Origin: Tubulanus polymorphus
Taxonomy: Eukaryota > Animalia > Nemertea
Assembly (NCBI RefSeq): GCF_964204645.1
Contig: NC_134032.1
Coordinates: 9,598,275-9,662,274, forward strand
DNA length: 64,000 nt
Direction: 5' to 3'
The notes below the pieces were generated by a model, which was given only the letters and a program-made list of their open reading frames with translations, made no database searches and was not told the DNA's origin. A program made the translations under genes and the position numbers. Shown piece after piece: positions 50,896 through 64,000 of the stretch; the first letter of the stretch is position 1, and each line of letters opens with the position of its first letter.

Positions 50896-51760
50896 GGGTA
50901 CAATCTGGAAGATTTTAACGAAAAGGGGAATTTCATGGCGGCAGCGATACGTTACCGCAGAACTTATCGCCGGGATAGAAAAATTACATCCTTGAAAAGC
51001 AAATGCTCAGTATACATCATAAGTGTAAGTTATAGAACGATTATGTTTAAACATAACGGCATTATTTCTAATTGAATGTCTAGTGTACGTGTGCTGTTGA
51101 AATAAAACGGAGTCATTTGCAGCTGTGTTTTAGAGGTTTGCAATACACGCGCTCGTGTATAATTGGCGCTTTGCTCTCGCCGCGTGAGAGGAGAGCGGGA
51201 GACAGAGCTTCGCGTGACAGTACCGCACAGCTAGCCGTCACAACACAACGCTCCATATGGACGTTAGAAACAAATACACTTATAAGTATATATTCATAAA
51301 TGTCAATATGAATATTCTCGTTCATGGATACGGTTCAATAATTGAGATTTGAATAGATAAAGCGCTGGCGTAGCGAAGTTTTTTAAGTTGCGTCACCAGG
51401 GGGTGGTGTGTACGTAAGATTACCTCTAAAAGTGATTATTCTTAAGGTAAGTTAATGCGTTATATTTCAAAAGATATGTTTGTCTAAATTAAGTTTGTAG
51501 TCTAGCGTCGTTCTAAACCAGATGTTTTCATTGGGTTTAAAAAGAAATTAAAGTAATTATCGTAGGACCGTCATTAGCCTGGGCCTGTCTCATAACCCAT
51601 AATGTTGCAACTGTGAAATAATTTCGGTTACAAAAAAACCTTCTTCGAAGCTCTTAATTTCGGGACCAAATTTGCTCTTCCTAAATCCTCTTCTTGTTGT
51701 CTATAGAACTATGAGCCTATATATACGGGTATTAGATTTTAGATGGGCAATATATAACGA

Positions 51761-51935
51761 AAATGAGCTTAGTCTGGAATTAAGTTTTAGATTGGTTAAA
51801 GAACCAAATGAGCTTAGACCAGCATTAAGTTTTAGATCGGTTGTAGAACCAAAATTAGCTTAGACTTGTATTAAATTTTGAGATTTGCAGTAGAACCGAT
51901 ATGAGCTTAGGCTGGCCGAAAGTTTTTGTTTGGTT
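51761..51935. repeat. ~45-bp tandem repeat, ~4 copies
   Basis: AAATGAGCTTAG...TAAGTTTTAGATTGGTT..AGAACC units; a related fragment lies in astacin intron 8 (~32726). Confidence 0.7.
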
Positions 51936-54900
51936 ATTGAATCTCGGCCCTAACTGTGCAACTGGCTCAGGGATCGAATTCGACAATAGTTTGACCTAGA
52001 TTCAATGGTTTTGGGGGGTAGAAGCTGTCGGGGGAATTCCATGAGACGTGTGATAGATCAACAGATGGTCACTTGGACGCCGATGGTTAGCGACGAAGTG
52101 CTGATAATTAATTATCGAAATTAGCCTTTATCGCGTCGACACAAGCGCTTCGTATGTTAGCAGGCTGCAGCATTCGCGGTCTCACGGGAAATTAATAATA
52201 ACATCAACAACAGCCAGTAACTGAGGACATTAAACGGACAGACGGCAGCGCGGCGCATGCGCATTACTGCTAGTTAGTCTTTATGCCAAACGATAAACAG
52301 AAATTCGGTTTCCATGGCGTCGCAATCGACTCAGACGTGGATCAGGCTGGCAGACGGCCGCCGAATGTTGTAAATCTGTTATGCCGCCATTTCTGAGATT
52401 TCCAACAGAAATTCGATATCTTAGATTTCGATGAGAGATATTGTTGTCGTGTGGCAAAGGGGGATTTAGAAATATCAAGTGAAAAAGGTTCCATTTGATC
52501 AATTGAATATATCATGAACCGGAAGTAGGAATCACCAATGGATGTCCAGTATTCAAAAATATCTTCTTTACTAAAACTTAAAATCGTTGGAAAAGGATAA
52601 CTTCAAACGCACCTTCAGATGGCGTGACATACGAAAAGTTTTACGCTAAGTCAATACTAGTTCATTTTCAAATGCCTGAAGTCCCGAATTAAAATATATA
52701 CATGTTCTACCTAAAAAAGCCTCAAAGCAGATTATGAGGTTCACTTTTCTACTTTCGGTGCTGGATATAGTTTTTGTTGAAGATTGGTGGGATACTGGCA
52801 CTCACCAGATGGCGCAACAAAACACTTGGTCATTCGTATAGTGAAAATTAGTTAATTTTCTATGGAATTTGAACTCGATTTTTAGGCTTTCAAATACGAA
52901 AATTATCAAACGAGTCATCGGAAGAAGATTTGCTTTCTCACTCAGTTTATGGGATAGATTTCACTGAAAATCATTTTACTAGTGGGAAAAGTCGATTCGA
53001 GTTAATAGAAATGTAGAAGGAAATTGAAGTGCGGTGACCCCATGTCACTAGCGATCTTTGGCGGATTATCGCTTGCCACGGTAACGTTGCCGGTATACCC
53101 AATATTCTGATAGTGATGTAGAAGAAAATGAAGCGCAGGACAGAGCAACTATACCAGCGCACCTGGCGGATCCTCGCCTGCCGCAGCAAGGATGCGGCAA
53201 TACTCCATCTAACGCCAATTGAATTTTTCTATCATTAAGTGGTTTTTAATTACCAAATGTCGACAGAAAAAGATTAACAATTGCTAAACAATTAATATCG
53301 TGAGCACTCTTGGTTTTTACGTAATCAACAAAACGCTGCGCGCCTTTCAGGGTGATTGCGGTTTTCTAATGTTCCTCAACGTTTTCCCCCGACTCCCACC
53401 ACAGTTTAAATTCCCATTAGCTAAAAGGCTCGCTCCTCGGTCCTCTTGCTATATTGGGAAATGCGAAAATAGATTTCTCAAAAATATATTTCTCATACAA
53501 CGCAGAACTTGCAAAATGTTTGACGTAAGAAGCAGATTAATGGGCAATGCCTCGTTGTGGTGGTTTGATAAGGACCGCTTACCCTCATTTCAAGGAATGT
53601 CATTTCTTTGGGAAAGAATGAGAGTTAGATAAAAACGGTCTATATTGGATGGATCGAAATTAGTTGAGACCGGTCTTAAGATTGGTTAAACGAATTGTAG
53701 GTATAAGACTGGTCTTAATAAAGCTAAAGATTTCAGTGACCAACTAGTCCCATTGGGGCCGTGTCGTATCCTCCGAATTTTCATACTCCAAAAAGGGAAA
53801 TGGTTAAGGTCTCTTTTATTTACTCCGAATTTCAAAAGCGTCTCGCAGAACTCCGTAATCTCAATACCACGGGCCTACTTCAAATCTAAGGAAGGTCTCG
53901 AAATCTCAATACCCCATGGGACAACGTCCCTGACTTTGTGGGCGATTTCGACGATGGATGCCGCGAAGTATTGTGACTTCTCAGTAATGGTACAGTCGCG
54001 TTCTAAGAGCCACCGGGCCACCAATTCCACTAGGTTTCTTTTCCTAACGAGGCCTGGTGGTGTGGATAAGAAAATAGGTCATAAAGCCCGATGGAGCGTA
54101 GTAGACTCCCACGAGGAGACATATATGCTAATAGTACAGCGCATTCTATTTAAACTCGCTGTTCAAATAGTAACGGAACGGTATTAGTAATTGAAATGCG
54201 ATACACATACTACCATATATAGAAACCATTGTTTAATTTGGTATCAGGCGGGATTCATAATTAATTCAGTTCGACAACAATGCATCATCGATCAATCAAT
54301 GCACACAGTTTATCGATCCCCCATGGTCCCCCGCGCGCAAGCCCTTCTCGTGACGTCATCAAGGTCGATCGACGATAGAAATGTTCAGTTTGCTTTCCTA
54401 TGTACAAAAGAATTTTAGGTCTATAGAAGTTTCCCGAGGTGTTGAAATATTCGGAAACGATTCTAGCTCGAAAAGGCGAGTGGTGTCTCGTGTAGGAAGC
54501 AGGGGGCATAGTCGGGGGTGAGGGAGCGGGTCAAAACCTAATGACGGTCTGAACCAGAAAATGATGCCCCAGAGAAAATCCTGGCCACACCCCCCTATTC
54601 CACAGTGGAAGTCGGCTTTCTTAAATCTGATTACAGATATCAGTAAACGTACAGTGGCAATCGAGGATATGCTAGATGGCGCTAGTGTGAAGTCGGCCTC
54701 TTCTCTAAGTTCATCAATGTCACATTTGCAGATGTCCTATACTAAATCAGTATCGACAACTAGTTCAGAACGAGCCACTCTGGACTCGCGTAATCTAGGA
54801 CCAACCCTATTAGTGGTACAACGAAATTTGGAATATTTTGCCGGAAAACTGTAGCAAGGCTCATCAAACCCAAAGCCGTCATTTAATGATTAAAAACTTT

Positions 54901-55986
54901 ATTCTTTATCATTCCGGTCCCTTGTGAATATATGTAGGTGGTGGTACATAGAAACTTGTGTATTTTTCTTTGTACATAACATATTCGATGTACAGTTGTT
55001 GTCTTCTTTTTGTCTCTGTCAAATATTGCATATTTTATGTTCTATGTTTGTATGTAAATACATTGATTCCACCCAGTATGCCTCTCATTGAGGCGATGAG
55101 CGCAAATAGATTTATAAAAATAAATTTCAAAATTTCTCGCATCCATTGAGAGATATCAGCTCTGCTATAACGCGGCAATCTGACGACCTGGTATAGCAGG
55201 CGCAACTAAAAAGACTACGACATTATTTACTATCGTTTCTAATTTCCTGTGTCATTGCGTGAAATACAAGCGACTTGCAAATGAGCAACCAGCAGGCCAC
55301 CGTATCTCAAATACCGCGTAATTCGCGATGCAGAATTGTTAATTTGTGATTTATAATTGTGGCTGGTTTAATTCCGACTGACGTTTCGCGGGATATTAAG
55401 GCGAAATTACGACTGGTTGAATTCGAAGAAATTTCTACTGATTCAGTTTTTTCCACCCGCGGGGAAGGCATAATAAATTTGATACTCGGTCCATGAGTAA
55501 CTAAGTGGCGTGGATGATATACATATACAACTGAGTCCAGGTTAAGGATTTATCCATTGATACTATAGTCTTTAGCACTGGGATGACCAGGTTAAGGGAT
55601 ATCTCTCTAAGGGATAACTTTGATATACCAGGGCAGGTTTCGTAGACAAAGAATAACTTGATACCTAGCAATAGGGGCAAAAATACATAAAGAGGATCCT
55701 TTTAATGTATTTTTGATAAGGGGTATTCCGGGTAACAAATATTTTCCCTAGAAAATAGGACCAAATTTCTTTTCACTGACAAACTCTGTCGCTAGCAACT
55801 TATTCCCAGGAAACTGATACTGACTAGAATAAGATGCGCTAATGAATAATTCCCGCACTGATTTGGTTAACAAGAATAACTGACATGGTGACAATGAAAA
55901 CTGCATCTTATCCGATGGTCTTCTTCGACTATTTTTGGGCCAGATCTAACCCTGATATAACAGATCTATATCCTGTGAAATAACAC

Positions 55987-56058
55987 GCATTCGCCGGGGA
56001 TCGAACCCAGGACTTGTATGTAGAAAGCAAGCGTGCTATCTATCTAGTACACCGAGAG
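55987..56058 (-). mobile_element. tRNA-derived SINE head or tRNA pseudogene
   Basis: Minus strand has B box GGTTCGATCCC followed by CGGCGAATGC; D and anticodon arms are degenerate. Confidence 0.5.
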
Positions 56059-59000
56059 TCCACTTGGCTCACAGCTTGTCGTATATGAGTAACACCCTGA
56101 CAATTTTGAATGAAACTCTCGACCATCAGTGACACGTGTATAGTAATTTTTGTTTTCCGCACAGTATAGATTTGCGCGTTTGTTGCGAAATTGAAATATT
56201 AACCGTTGTATATCCACCATATGTATATAGGCGCGTACAGCTGACATTCAGTCAACCACTCAATTTGACGAATCGATAGCAAAACGTTTTTGCGAATAAT
56301 GATTTTTTTTCACGAGAAGTTGAAGGGCCAGTTGTGTTGATACGTAATGAATACGCGAATACGCAAGACTCACGTTCAACTCATGCATCGGGAGGAGCTG
56401 TGTTTGTTACTTTCTTCGTTTGAATAGTAGGTTCAGTTGGCTTAGATTTTAGACCAGTCCGTAACCAACTAAGCATTATAGCTTGTCTAACAACCTTGAA
56501 ATGAGTCTTAAGATTTACGACCACGCGTTTGGACTTATAACATATGAGCCACTGGGTCGTTGAGTCAGTTCCAATGTGACTCAAGGTGTTAAGGTCAAAT
56601 AACTGAATTTGATTCAAAGTCGGATCAGATGGAACTGGTACGGTTCAACAGATCTCGCGGTTAGGATTAATGCTCATTACCAATGTTTTAATCAGGGGGT
56701 CGAATTTTAACCAAACTATGGAGCTCTGAGTCCAGGATAGCAATGGGCTTACTGGAATGCAACTGATACAGCCACCAATGGTAAGCTGCTGGGACCCACC
56801 AGCAGTGATAAGTGTATAGCAGGACTCCTAACTGCTGTTGCAATCTGCCAGGTTTCTGGCTAATAAAGGCGAGACCGACTGTTTGTCACGCCATCTATAG
56901 TGATTGGATACTAGCTGGTATTACAGGTCGACCGTCCTCACTCATTAGAATATGCTTGGGCGGTAACTCTCTCTGATCCTGCATCTAACAGGAAGTATTA
57001 ATTTTTTAACCCCACCGAGACTGCTGCTGTCGTATCGGAAATCAATATTATTGATTGTCGGTCATTTCACGCTGAATATACTGTTCAAACAGACTAATTA
57101 ACTTAATTAGCGACCACTAGCTCTGCGTGCCTGTGTGTCTATCCTACTAAGCCCTCTAAACGTAGATCCGGGCTCGGTTTCACAGACTGGTGTCATCTTT
57201 AACTCGGGGGATATTTCAATTGAAAATGAATCGTTAACCTCCGGGTTAAGGTCGATACTAGTTTTTATCTATGTCCAGGGGCTTACTGTTTACTATGTAA
57301 CTATGCAAATGGCCCATCAGTGTGTACAGAATTGGTCACTTTGTTACCATTTTACGTAATGTCCGTTTGTTACTCTGGAATTGATCTCACTAGATCTGTA
57401 GACGTAACCATTGAATGGACCCTCTTCAATGGTCACTGCTTAATTCACCCCACAGCAACTGCCACTTTCTGGCCAGTACTTTGCGTAGCACCGCTGATCT
57501 GTGAAAATATCACGGTTTTTGATCAATTATTACGCTAAATCGAGGATTAACGTCGTGACTGATGTCTTATATCGTATCGATTGAAACGAAATCCGACTAA
57601 TCACCGTCATGCGACATATGGTATTCGATTTATCACCAACACGCGATCGATATACGACATCCGACTAATCGCCGTCATACGACGTACGACATTAAACTAA
57701 ATCACTGTCATAAACCCGGACGCGTTGTTCATCGCCGAGATCACGTGATCACGGAGCGGACGTTTTTGCACGCGAGTCACGTGAGCCAGAGATAGTTTTG
57801 TTCAATTTACAGAACTCGGAACGGTAATGGCGACGATAAATTCGAGACGACCGGCTCTAAAAGGCAGGGGCAGATTACTGAGGCAGACTTTGACTCCAGC
57901 ACAAATGAAAAACTGAAAAGGTTATACATTTTATACCGAAAACGGGACATGCTGTAGACAAGCGCGGTACAAAAATAGGGGTCTGCAAAATTGTGAAATT
58001 TTAGTGCAATTTAATGCAACTCCATTGAGTAACATTAAGAGAATACAGGCTTGGCATTGAGCTGCTGATAGCTGCTCTATTCATAGTCACGAGTTAAAAA
58101 GTTCACCTTGTAAGGAACGAATCGAGAGACGGCTTTAAAATGCCAGTTTCAGTGGGATGCAGGCAGGACTGAAGTTACTCGTCCAAAAAGAACCCACAAT
58201 ATTGAAGAGTTCCAGGGGTAGTAGTGACTCAACTTGGGAAACCTCCAACCTCCTGTGGCAATAGAGCATTCCTGAAAATTAACAGATTTTGACGACAAGA
58301 CTGAGTGCTTGTCACACCAAGTGGGATAGCTGGTATCGCAGTTCTTCGTTGCTATGAGCCATTTGCAAAACTCATTTTCAAAAGGTTCAGCTTTGAAAAC
58401 AGCTCTATAGCTCTATAACACTATATAGTCTCCTAGTTTTCTTCAGTATTGTGCATTCGATTGAATAATTGACAGTCACTTGTCTGGGTAGTTGTCTGGT
58501 ACTCACGCTGTTCTCAAGGACTCACTCAAGCGTCGCTCTATTTCCCATTCTACGACAGAATTCGGTTGATTAAGATTCACCTCTGCAGTATAGTAGGTGA
58601 GGGTAAGCGCTAATGATGTCTGGGTTCGAGAAAACCGTCTCTCCCCGTCTCACGCACCGAATTTTTCCATCCCTCTCCCACTCTATTAACACCGATGTCT
58701 CGACATCTCCCTGTTCACTCCCCTTTAAATATTTTGGTATGAAGACAATCGAGGATCTACAGGAGTACCTTTATGTCATTTGGGGATTTATGGAGGAAGG
58801 ACATCTTTTCAGGAATCAACACGACGATCAGCTACTGTTCTAAGCCTGTCCGTGAATCCGCTGATACTGCTACTGAGTTGAGCTGCAGGTCCGAAGAGGA
58901 TTTACCATCTACTTATCCGAGAGCGGTTAATCATCTTTCCATCGCGCGAGTCCTTAGAACAACCCTTCGCGCTGCCCAAGAGAGAAAAAGACAAAGAGAG

Positions 59001-59236
59001 GGGGCTAGGTGACGTATATTTCAAGAAATACTCGGTCCAATTTTTACCACATCACCGAATGCGAGTCGAGTATCGTCCTCCAAATCTGGATACGTGGTAC
59101 CAATGCGACGCCAGGGGAGGGGGAGGAGGGGACTTAAGCCACAAAAATGCTTGCTCAAGAATAGAAAAGACAAGTAACGATGGCTCATCTCTGATAATGG
59201 TTGTTCCAGTAACTGAATGAAACATGAGCTAATGAT

Positions 59237-59351
59237 ACCCCTGTGAAGATGGCTCCCGGTTCCCGGTTCCTTATTCGGCTCCCGATTCAAAATGCTGTTG
59301 AATCGGGAGCCGAATAAGGAACCGGGAACCGGGAGCCAGCTTCACAGGGGT
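59237..59351. repeat. Near-perfect palindrome (~55-bp arms), MITE-like
   Basis: ACCCCTGTGAAGATGGCTCCCGGTTCCCGGTTCCTTATTCGGCTCCCGATTCAA is mirrored by TTGAATCGGGAGCCGAATAAGGAACCGGGAACCGGGAGCCAGCTTCACAGGGGT. Confidence 0.9.
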
Positions 59352-60039
59352 CTAATCACCCGATAGCCCCACGAGCTCATGACCCGACAGCCGAGACTAG
59401 CCTTTATAGCTTAATTCAGTTCTATATCGAGTTTGATAGATTTATCAAGACGAATCATAGACCTTTTAAGACATTTCAGTTGTGATTGTAGCAACATGTA
59501 TTTCGATTCTACGAAGAGAAAAGTCGATGTCAATGTCAGCCAAACCTACAGCATCGCTAAAAGGAATCCGTTGTTTAGGGTCTACGCGGCTATGATTAAG
59601 TATGTCCTTGTTTAGGGTCTACACGCGGCTACGATTAATCAGACGTATATATGTCCTTGCATTTAATTCATTGAATTTTCAATCAACGCGTGGCTTTCAT
59701 TAAAACGGACAACATGTGCGGAGTGACCGGCAAGGAGATGCGAAGCATGAAATATACATGCGGCTCAGATAGCGATGGGAGAATTGCGTTAAATGATTTA
59801 TAAGCACGGAACTAGCGAGCGGTATGTGGCTCCCCGGGGAACAGTCGATATAACATGCTGGCATATGATAGCGGCAATCAGTTGAAATCCTCATCTTATC
59901 GGATATTATATTCTGATGACGAAAACTCTATATTGGATTATTACAGGTATCAATCCGGGATCCTGCTCTCCCTCGGACATTCATCATAACTAGATCACCA
60001 TTATTTGTATTTGAACGTTCAGATAATCACGTGAGAAAT

Positions 60040-60600
60040 TTCTAATTGCAAACTGCAAATACGAACTGCAAATACCTGATGTAAGACATTTTATCAGCAC
60101 ATGCTTTCAAAATGTGATAGTCCACACTTCACACGTGTTCAGGACTTCACCTAATACATCTCTAATTGAAAATGAACTGCAAACACCCCAGACATTTGAC
60201 ATTTTATCAGCACATACTTTCAAAAAGTGGTAGTCGTCACTTCACATGCGTTCAGAACTTCACCAGAGCATAGAACTCCTATAACCTGATACATTTCTAA
60301 TTGAAAATGAACTGCAGATACCAGGTATTAGACATTTTATCAGCGTTATGCTTTCAAAAATTGGTAGTCATCACTTCACGTGTTCATGACTTCACCTGAG
60401 ACATTTCTATTATTGAAAATGTCGAAAGAAAATACCGGACATTAGACATTTATCAGCGCACTTAAAATACTTTTCATGCACACTTCACGTGTGTTCAGGA
60501 CTTCACCAGAGGCATTTTTTAATTAAAAATTAACTGCAATCACTAGACAATAGACATTCTATCAGCACGTATTTCAAAGCGTGATCGCCCAGACTTCATA
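60040..60600. repeat. ~110-135-bp tandem repeat, ~5 copies; dispersed family
   Basis: TCTAATTGAAAATGAACTGCA...GACATTTTATCAGCAC...CTTCAC units at ~60041, 60161, 60296, 60406 and 60518; related copies at ~50310-50540, ~44790, ~33240 and ~38515. Confidence 0.8.
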
Positions 60601-62279
60601 CGCAACTATTGAAGCCTGTTGCAGGCTGCAGAGTGATAATGCATAAATTTAGCCCTACAATAAACTCGCATCAATTCATAATATGATTATTATCGTCTTA
60701 AAACACGCTGCAGCGGCAATGGATATACTTAGATTACTGAATGATTAGTTACGAATGGCGGCCGTGTCTCTTCTGCACATTCTCTCGATGACCCTTCCAA
60801 ACCCATAGAACATAATCCTCTGTAAACAAAGACGCATAGTGCTATGAATAAATCACGAATCGCTTTCTCCGGAGAAAAGTAAATGAAGAAATCGATTATC
60901 TCCGTATATAGCTCCGGAGGCAGATTCCGCTTCGACATGTTTGTAAACGCTCTCGCGGGAAAGTAAGACAATTCCGTATTTATTTTTCAAAGCAAAAAAA
61001 GCACCAGCCCTTTAAGCTTCGTCCGCGTTTTAAACCTATATTCGACGGAAGATTATGAAATGTTTACCGACGACCCGAGTACGTACGTCACGTCGTAGCT
61101 AGGGATAGAAAAAACGCGTCAAACAGGGCGATGACGTAAGCCACCGAATTATGAACGCCGTCATGGTAACGTTGGCGACAAAATCCGTGTGTGAATGATT
61201 CAATTTTGTTGGTATTGGTGTTGTTTATTTTCTACTGCGCCCGAGGTTGTGTGATTATGAGCGGAAAGCAAGCTCGCGTCGCCGAGATGCAGCTTGTTAC
61301 GAGTACGTCATCACGTCGATTTTGTCGTTGATTCGAATAAAGAAACCAGTAAAAAGTCGAGTTTCGTTTTTGCTCGAATTGAACTTGACAATTACATTTT
61401 TTTAGAAAAATACTGAAGTCATCGCATCGTCAAGTTTTTACACAAGTGCTTATAGTTACATGTATACAAACTATTGACCAAATGCTTATCGCAGACGGTT
61501 ATGTGACCGATAAAGCTCAGAGGTCTTGCTGCCATGTACTTCTTGGACTAATTGCCATATTGGTTGGCAAATACACGTCATAACTGATTTACGCGACAGA
61601 CGCTCGGAGTTTGCAAATGACCATATTTATGTCATGTTGTTATCAGCCGCGTTCATACGAGATTCGGCGCTCAGTAAGTATCGCACTTCGCTGGCGTCGA
61701 ATTCACCAGGATACCGCGCTTACCAGGGGTGGGTTTAGGCGGCGAGCTCGCGGGTGCGGACATTTGCTTTCCCATCGAAACTGCCATTTTCGTCATGAGA
61801 AAGATCGTTAAAACCAGCAAATTTGACGCTTATCCTCTCGAAAATTGCAACCTTTCCGATGTATTTCTTCGAAAATATCCAAAGCCGCTTTATCCACGAA
61901 ATGCCTTTTTTTCTTTTGAACCCAGACCTTCCAAATTTTCCTATATCCACTTACCTGCCATACATAACTATGGCACTGGTTGGTATAATCAAGTATGATG
62001 CAACGCCATCTGGTGCGGACAGCAGTGTGTCTGATCATGGTCCGATTGAGTTACGTAATTGCGACTAAAAGTGCTCTTTTTCAAATATTAGAATGAAATT
62101 AACCTTATCTAAAGTAAGGTGGCTTCAATATCATTTCCTATATTTTCACATATTTCCTATCTCGGATTAACCACAAAAAACTGTCTTTCAGTTTCCAGTT
62201 GCTGGCCAGTGTCTGAATCAGACTTATAAATATTATCTGAATTGTTTCGTATTTCTTTTCAGGTTTGCCGCAATACCGG

Positions 62280-63050
62280 ATGATGTTGTTTACTTCTAAC
62301 CTGGCGATAGCGGTCGTTACTCGCGCCCTCGCGATCACGTGCCTTATTTACCTAAGCGGCGCGCGAGCCGCCTCCGATTTGAAGACAATACTGATCAGGT
62401 CGGGCACGTTGACCACGTCTTCCATACTAGTACACTGGAACAATACGCTAGCCACCACCGGCAAACATCGCGTAAGCTATACCCCTTCGGGCCTGACCGC
62501 TGAGCACACCATGTACTCGAGTTGGCAACCGAGCGAAAAGAGCTCGTTCCGAATACAACACCTCCCCTCAAATACCAAATTCAACATATGCGTGACGTCA
62601 CAATACCCGAACGCGTTGCCTAGCGAGGTGACCGAGTGCTCGGAAATTTCCACCATTCCCGTTTTGCAGACGAGCAGCATCGTCGCTTTGACATTGACAT
62701 TAGGTTATATAGTCGGTACGGCGTTGTTGGGTTGGTGTTGGTGGCGCTGCAGGATTATGTCGCGTGACCGCGTGAAGAGTCGCGAAGAGATGGCGCTGAA
62801 GTCGTCCTATACGAATAATCGAAACATCGAAGAGGACGAGACGGAGTTGTGTGGACATTGGAAGGCTCCAGCCACGCAGAAGGACTGCTCCAATAATAAA
62901 CCTGCCGCCGACGCCGTCGTCGGTACAGTTACGCGTAAGGCAGCGACCCCTACCGGCTCGCACGCGTCGGCCCCGAACGTGGACGAAATTCACGCGAAAT
63001 TGAATCCGAATTCGGAGAATATCGACATCTATTCGGGAACGAGAGTTTAG
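62280..63050 (+). CDS. Fibronectin type III domain single-pass membrane protein
   Basis: Acceptor TTTCTTTTCAG at 62262, ATG at 62280, signal peptide, FN3 pattern (SILVHW...RVSY...IQHLPSNTKFNICV), TM IVALTLTLGYIVGTALLGWCWW, tail ending YSGTRV. A likely 5'UTR donor GTAAGT at 61674. Confidence 0.8.
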   Translation: MMLFTSNLAIAVVTRALAITCLIYLSGARAASDLKTILIRSGTLTTSSILVHWNNTLATTGKHRVSYTPSGLTAEHTMYSSWQPSEKSSFRIQHLPSNTKFNICVTSQYPNALPSEVTECSEISTIPVLQTSSIVALTLTLGYIVGTALLGWCWWRCRIMSRDRVKSREEMALKSSYTNNRNIEEDETELCGHWKAPATQKDCSNNKPAADAVVGTVTRKAATPTGSHASAPNVDEIHAKLNPNSENIDIYSGTRV

Positions 63051-64000
63051 AATGTCAAGTTTGGGGAAATTCGGGAAAATCTGTGAATCCTCTATAGAGC
63101 TGAGTGTCGGGAACTCCGCGGAATTCTGAGAAATGAAGTTCCTACGACTGGCGTTTTGAATTAAAGCTTTTTCGATAGTCTTGATTCGTTATTTTCTGAA
63201 AATTGTCTAAATCAAAATCCAAAACTTCGAAACTTTCTATCCATAAAGTTTGAATCCGTGATTATAATCAAAAAGTGCCTGCCAACAGGTGTCGTTACTG
63301 CATGACACTCGTGACGTCACGCATGCGGGGCGAGAAGTAGGGACGGTGAAGGTTTAGCTGCGTTGTGCGATGGTGGGATCTTCACCTGACCAATTAGAAG
63401 GGTCTCGGTGAGGAATGCTCTTGGTCATGAGGGGAAACAACAGCATTCAACTGACCAACATTATTTTAGATTTGCGGAAAAACGTGGATCCCAATGATGA
63501 CTACTCCGTTCCCCCGTTCCTCCATATCTACGTAACCAATACGGTCGGGCGCGATAACTCACCGTGTCACGTAGAGAGACAGGTTTCGCTCAAACTGTAG
63601 CGCAGTATAGCGCCGTAAATATCCGAAGCGAAACTCCACGCTGTAAATATTCTCAGTTACCAAAGTGCAGCTTGTATCTGACAGTTTTCCGATAAAACAA
63701 TTTCGTACACGGGCGGCGGCTGAGTGACAACATTACTGCTGAAATATCGCTCTTGTCAAACAACTGGAACCTTCAGGAATACGGCTACCTTGAATCAGTC
63801 TAAATGTATGACATTTCTAGAAAAGATGGGGGTTGCATCTGTGAAATTGCCCCTCCCATCAAAGATGTCGTCAAACTATAGGAACGAAGGGATCCCGAGG
63901 CACTTTTGAGCCCTGTTCGAGTCCTTAGAATTTTTCTCTAAGTGCCTTTTTGGTCATCAAAGTCATTATGTCACAAAATCCCGAAAAAATCTCAAAACTA

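Noticed and set aside
50762-50995. ORF with a poly-(Arg-Leu) run
   Set aside because: Alternate-frame reading of the GAGGCT repeat with a TTG start.
55987-56058. Functional tRNA gene
   Set aside because: Only the T arm/B box is intact; acceptor, D and anticodon stems do not pair properly.

Overview
Intron-containing invertebrate animal genomic DNA, not prokaryotic; no rRNA, intact tRNA or CRISPR seen. Genes reconstructed by hand from GT-AG sites and phase consistency: (1) a 4-exon receptor-like protein with a plant/protist-type LRR ectodomain, a Cys-rich stalk and about 9-10 TM helices (3231-7775); (2) an unknown 2-TM gene on the minus strand (about 12065-13346); (3) an intronless GT31 beta-1,3-glycosyltransferase (19769-20941, minus); (4) a 4-coding-exon, ~378-aa RHIM-motif protein (25448-27831, minus) with perfect STAT (TTCCCGGAA) and NF-kB (GGGAATTCCC) sites just upstream; (5) a tandem array of four 9-exon astacin-ShKT metalloprotease genes (29933-~50203). 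In that array copy B is a chimera (5' half of C, 3' half of A) created by a near-identical 5.27-kb duplication whose junction lies in the zinc-binding exon; copy A has a probable splice-site frameshift and copy D is a pseudogene; (6) an FN3 single-pass membrane protein (62280-63050). Intergenic DNA holds many MITEs (5-bp, 9-bp and TA target duplications), satellites, hairpins and a Penelope-type minimal hammerhead motif. All gene models need RNA-seq confirmation.
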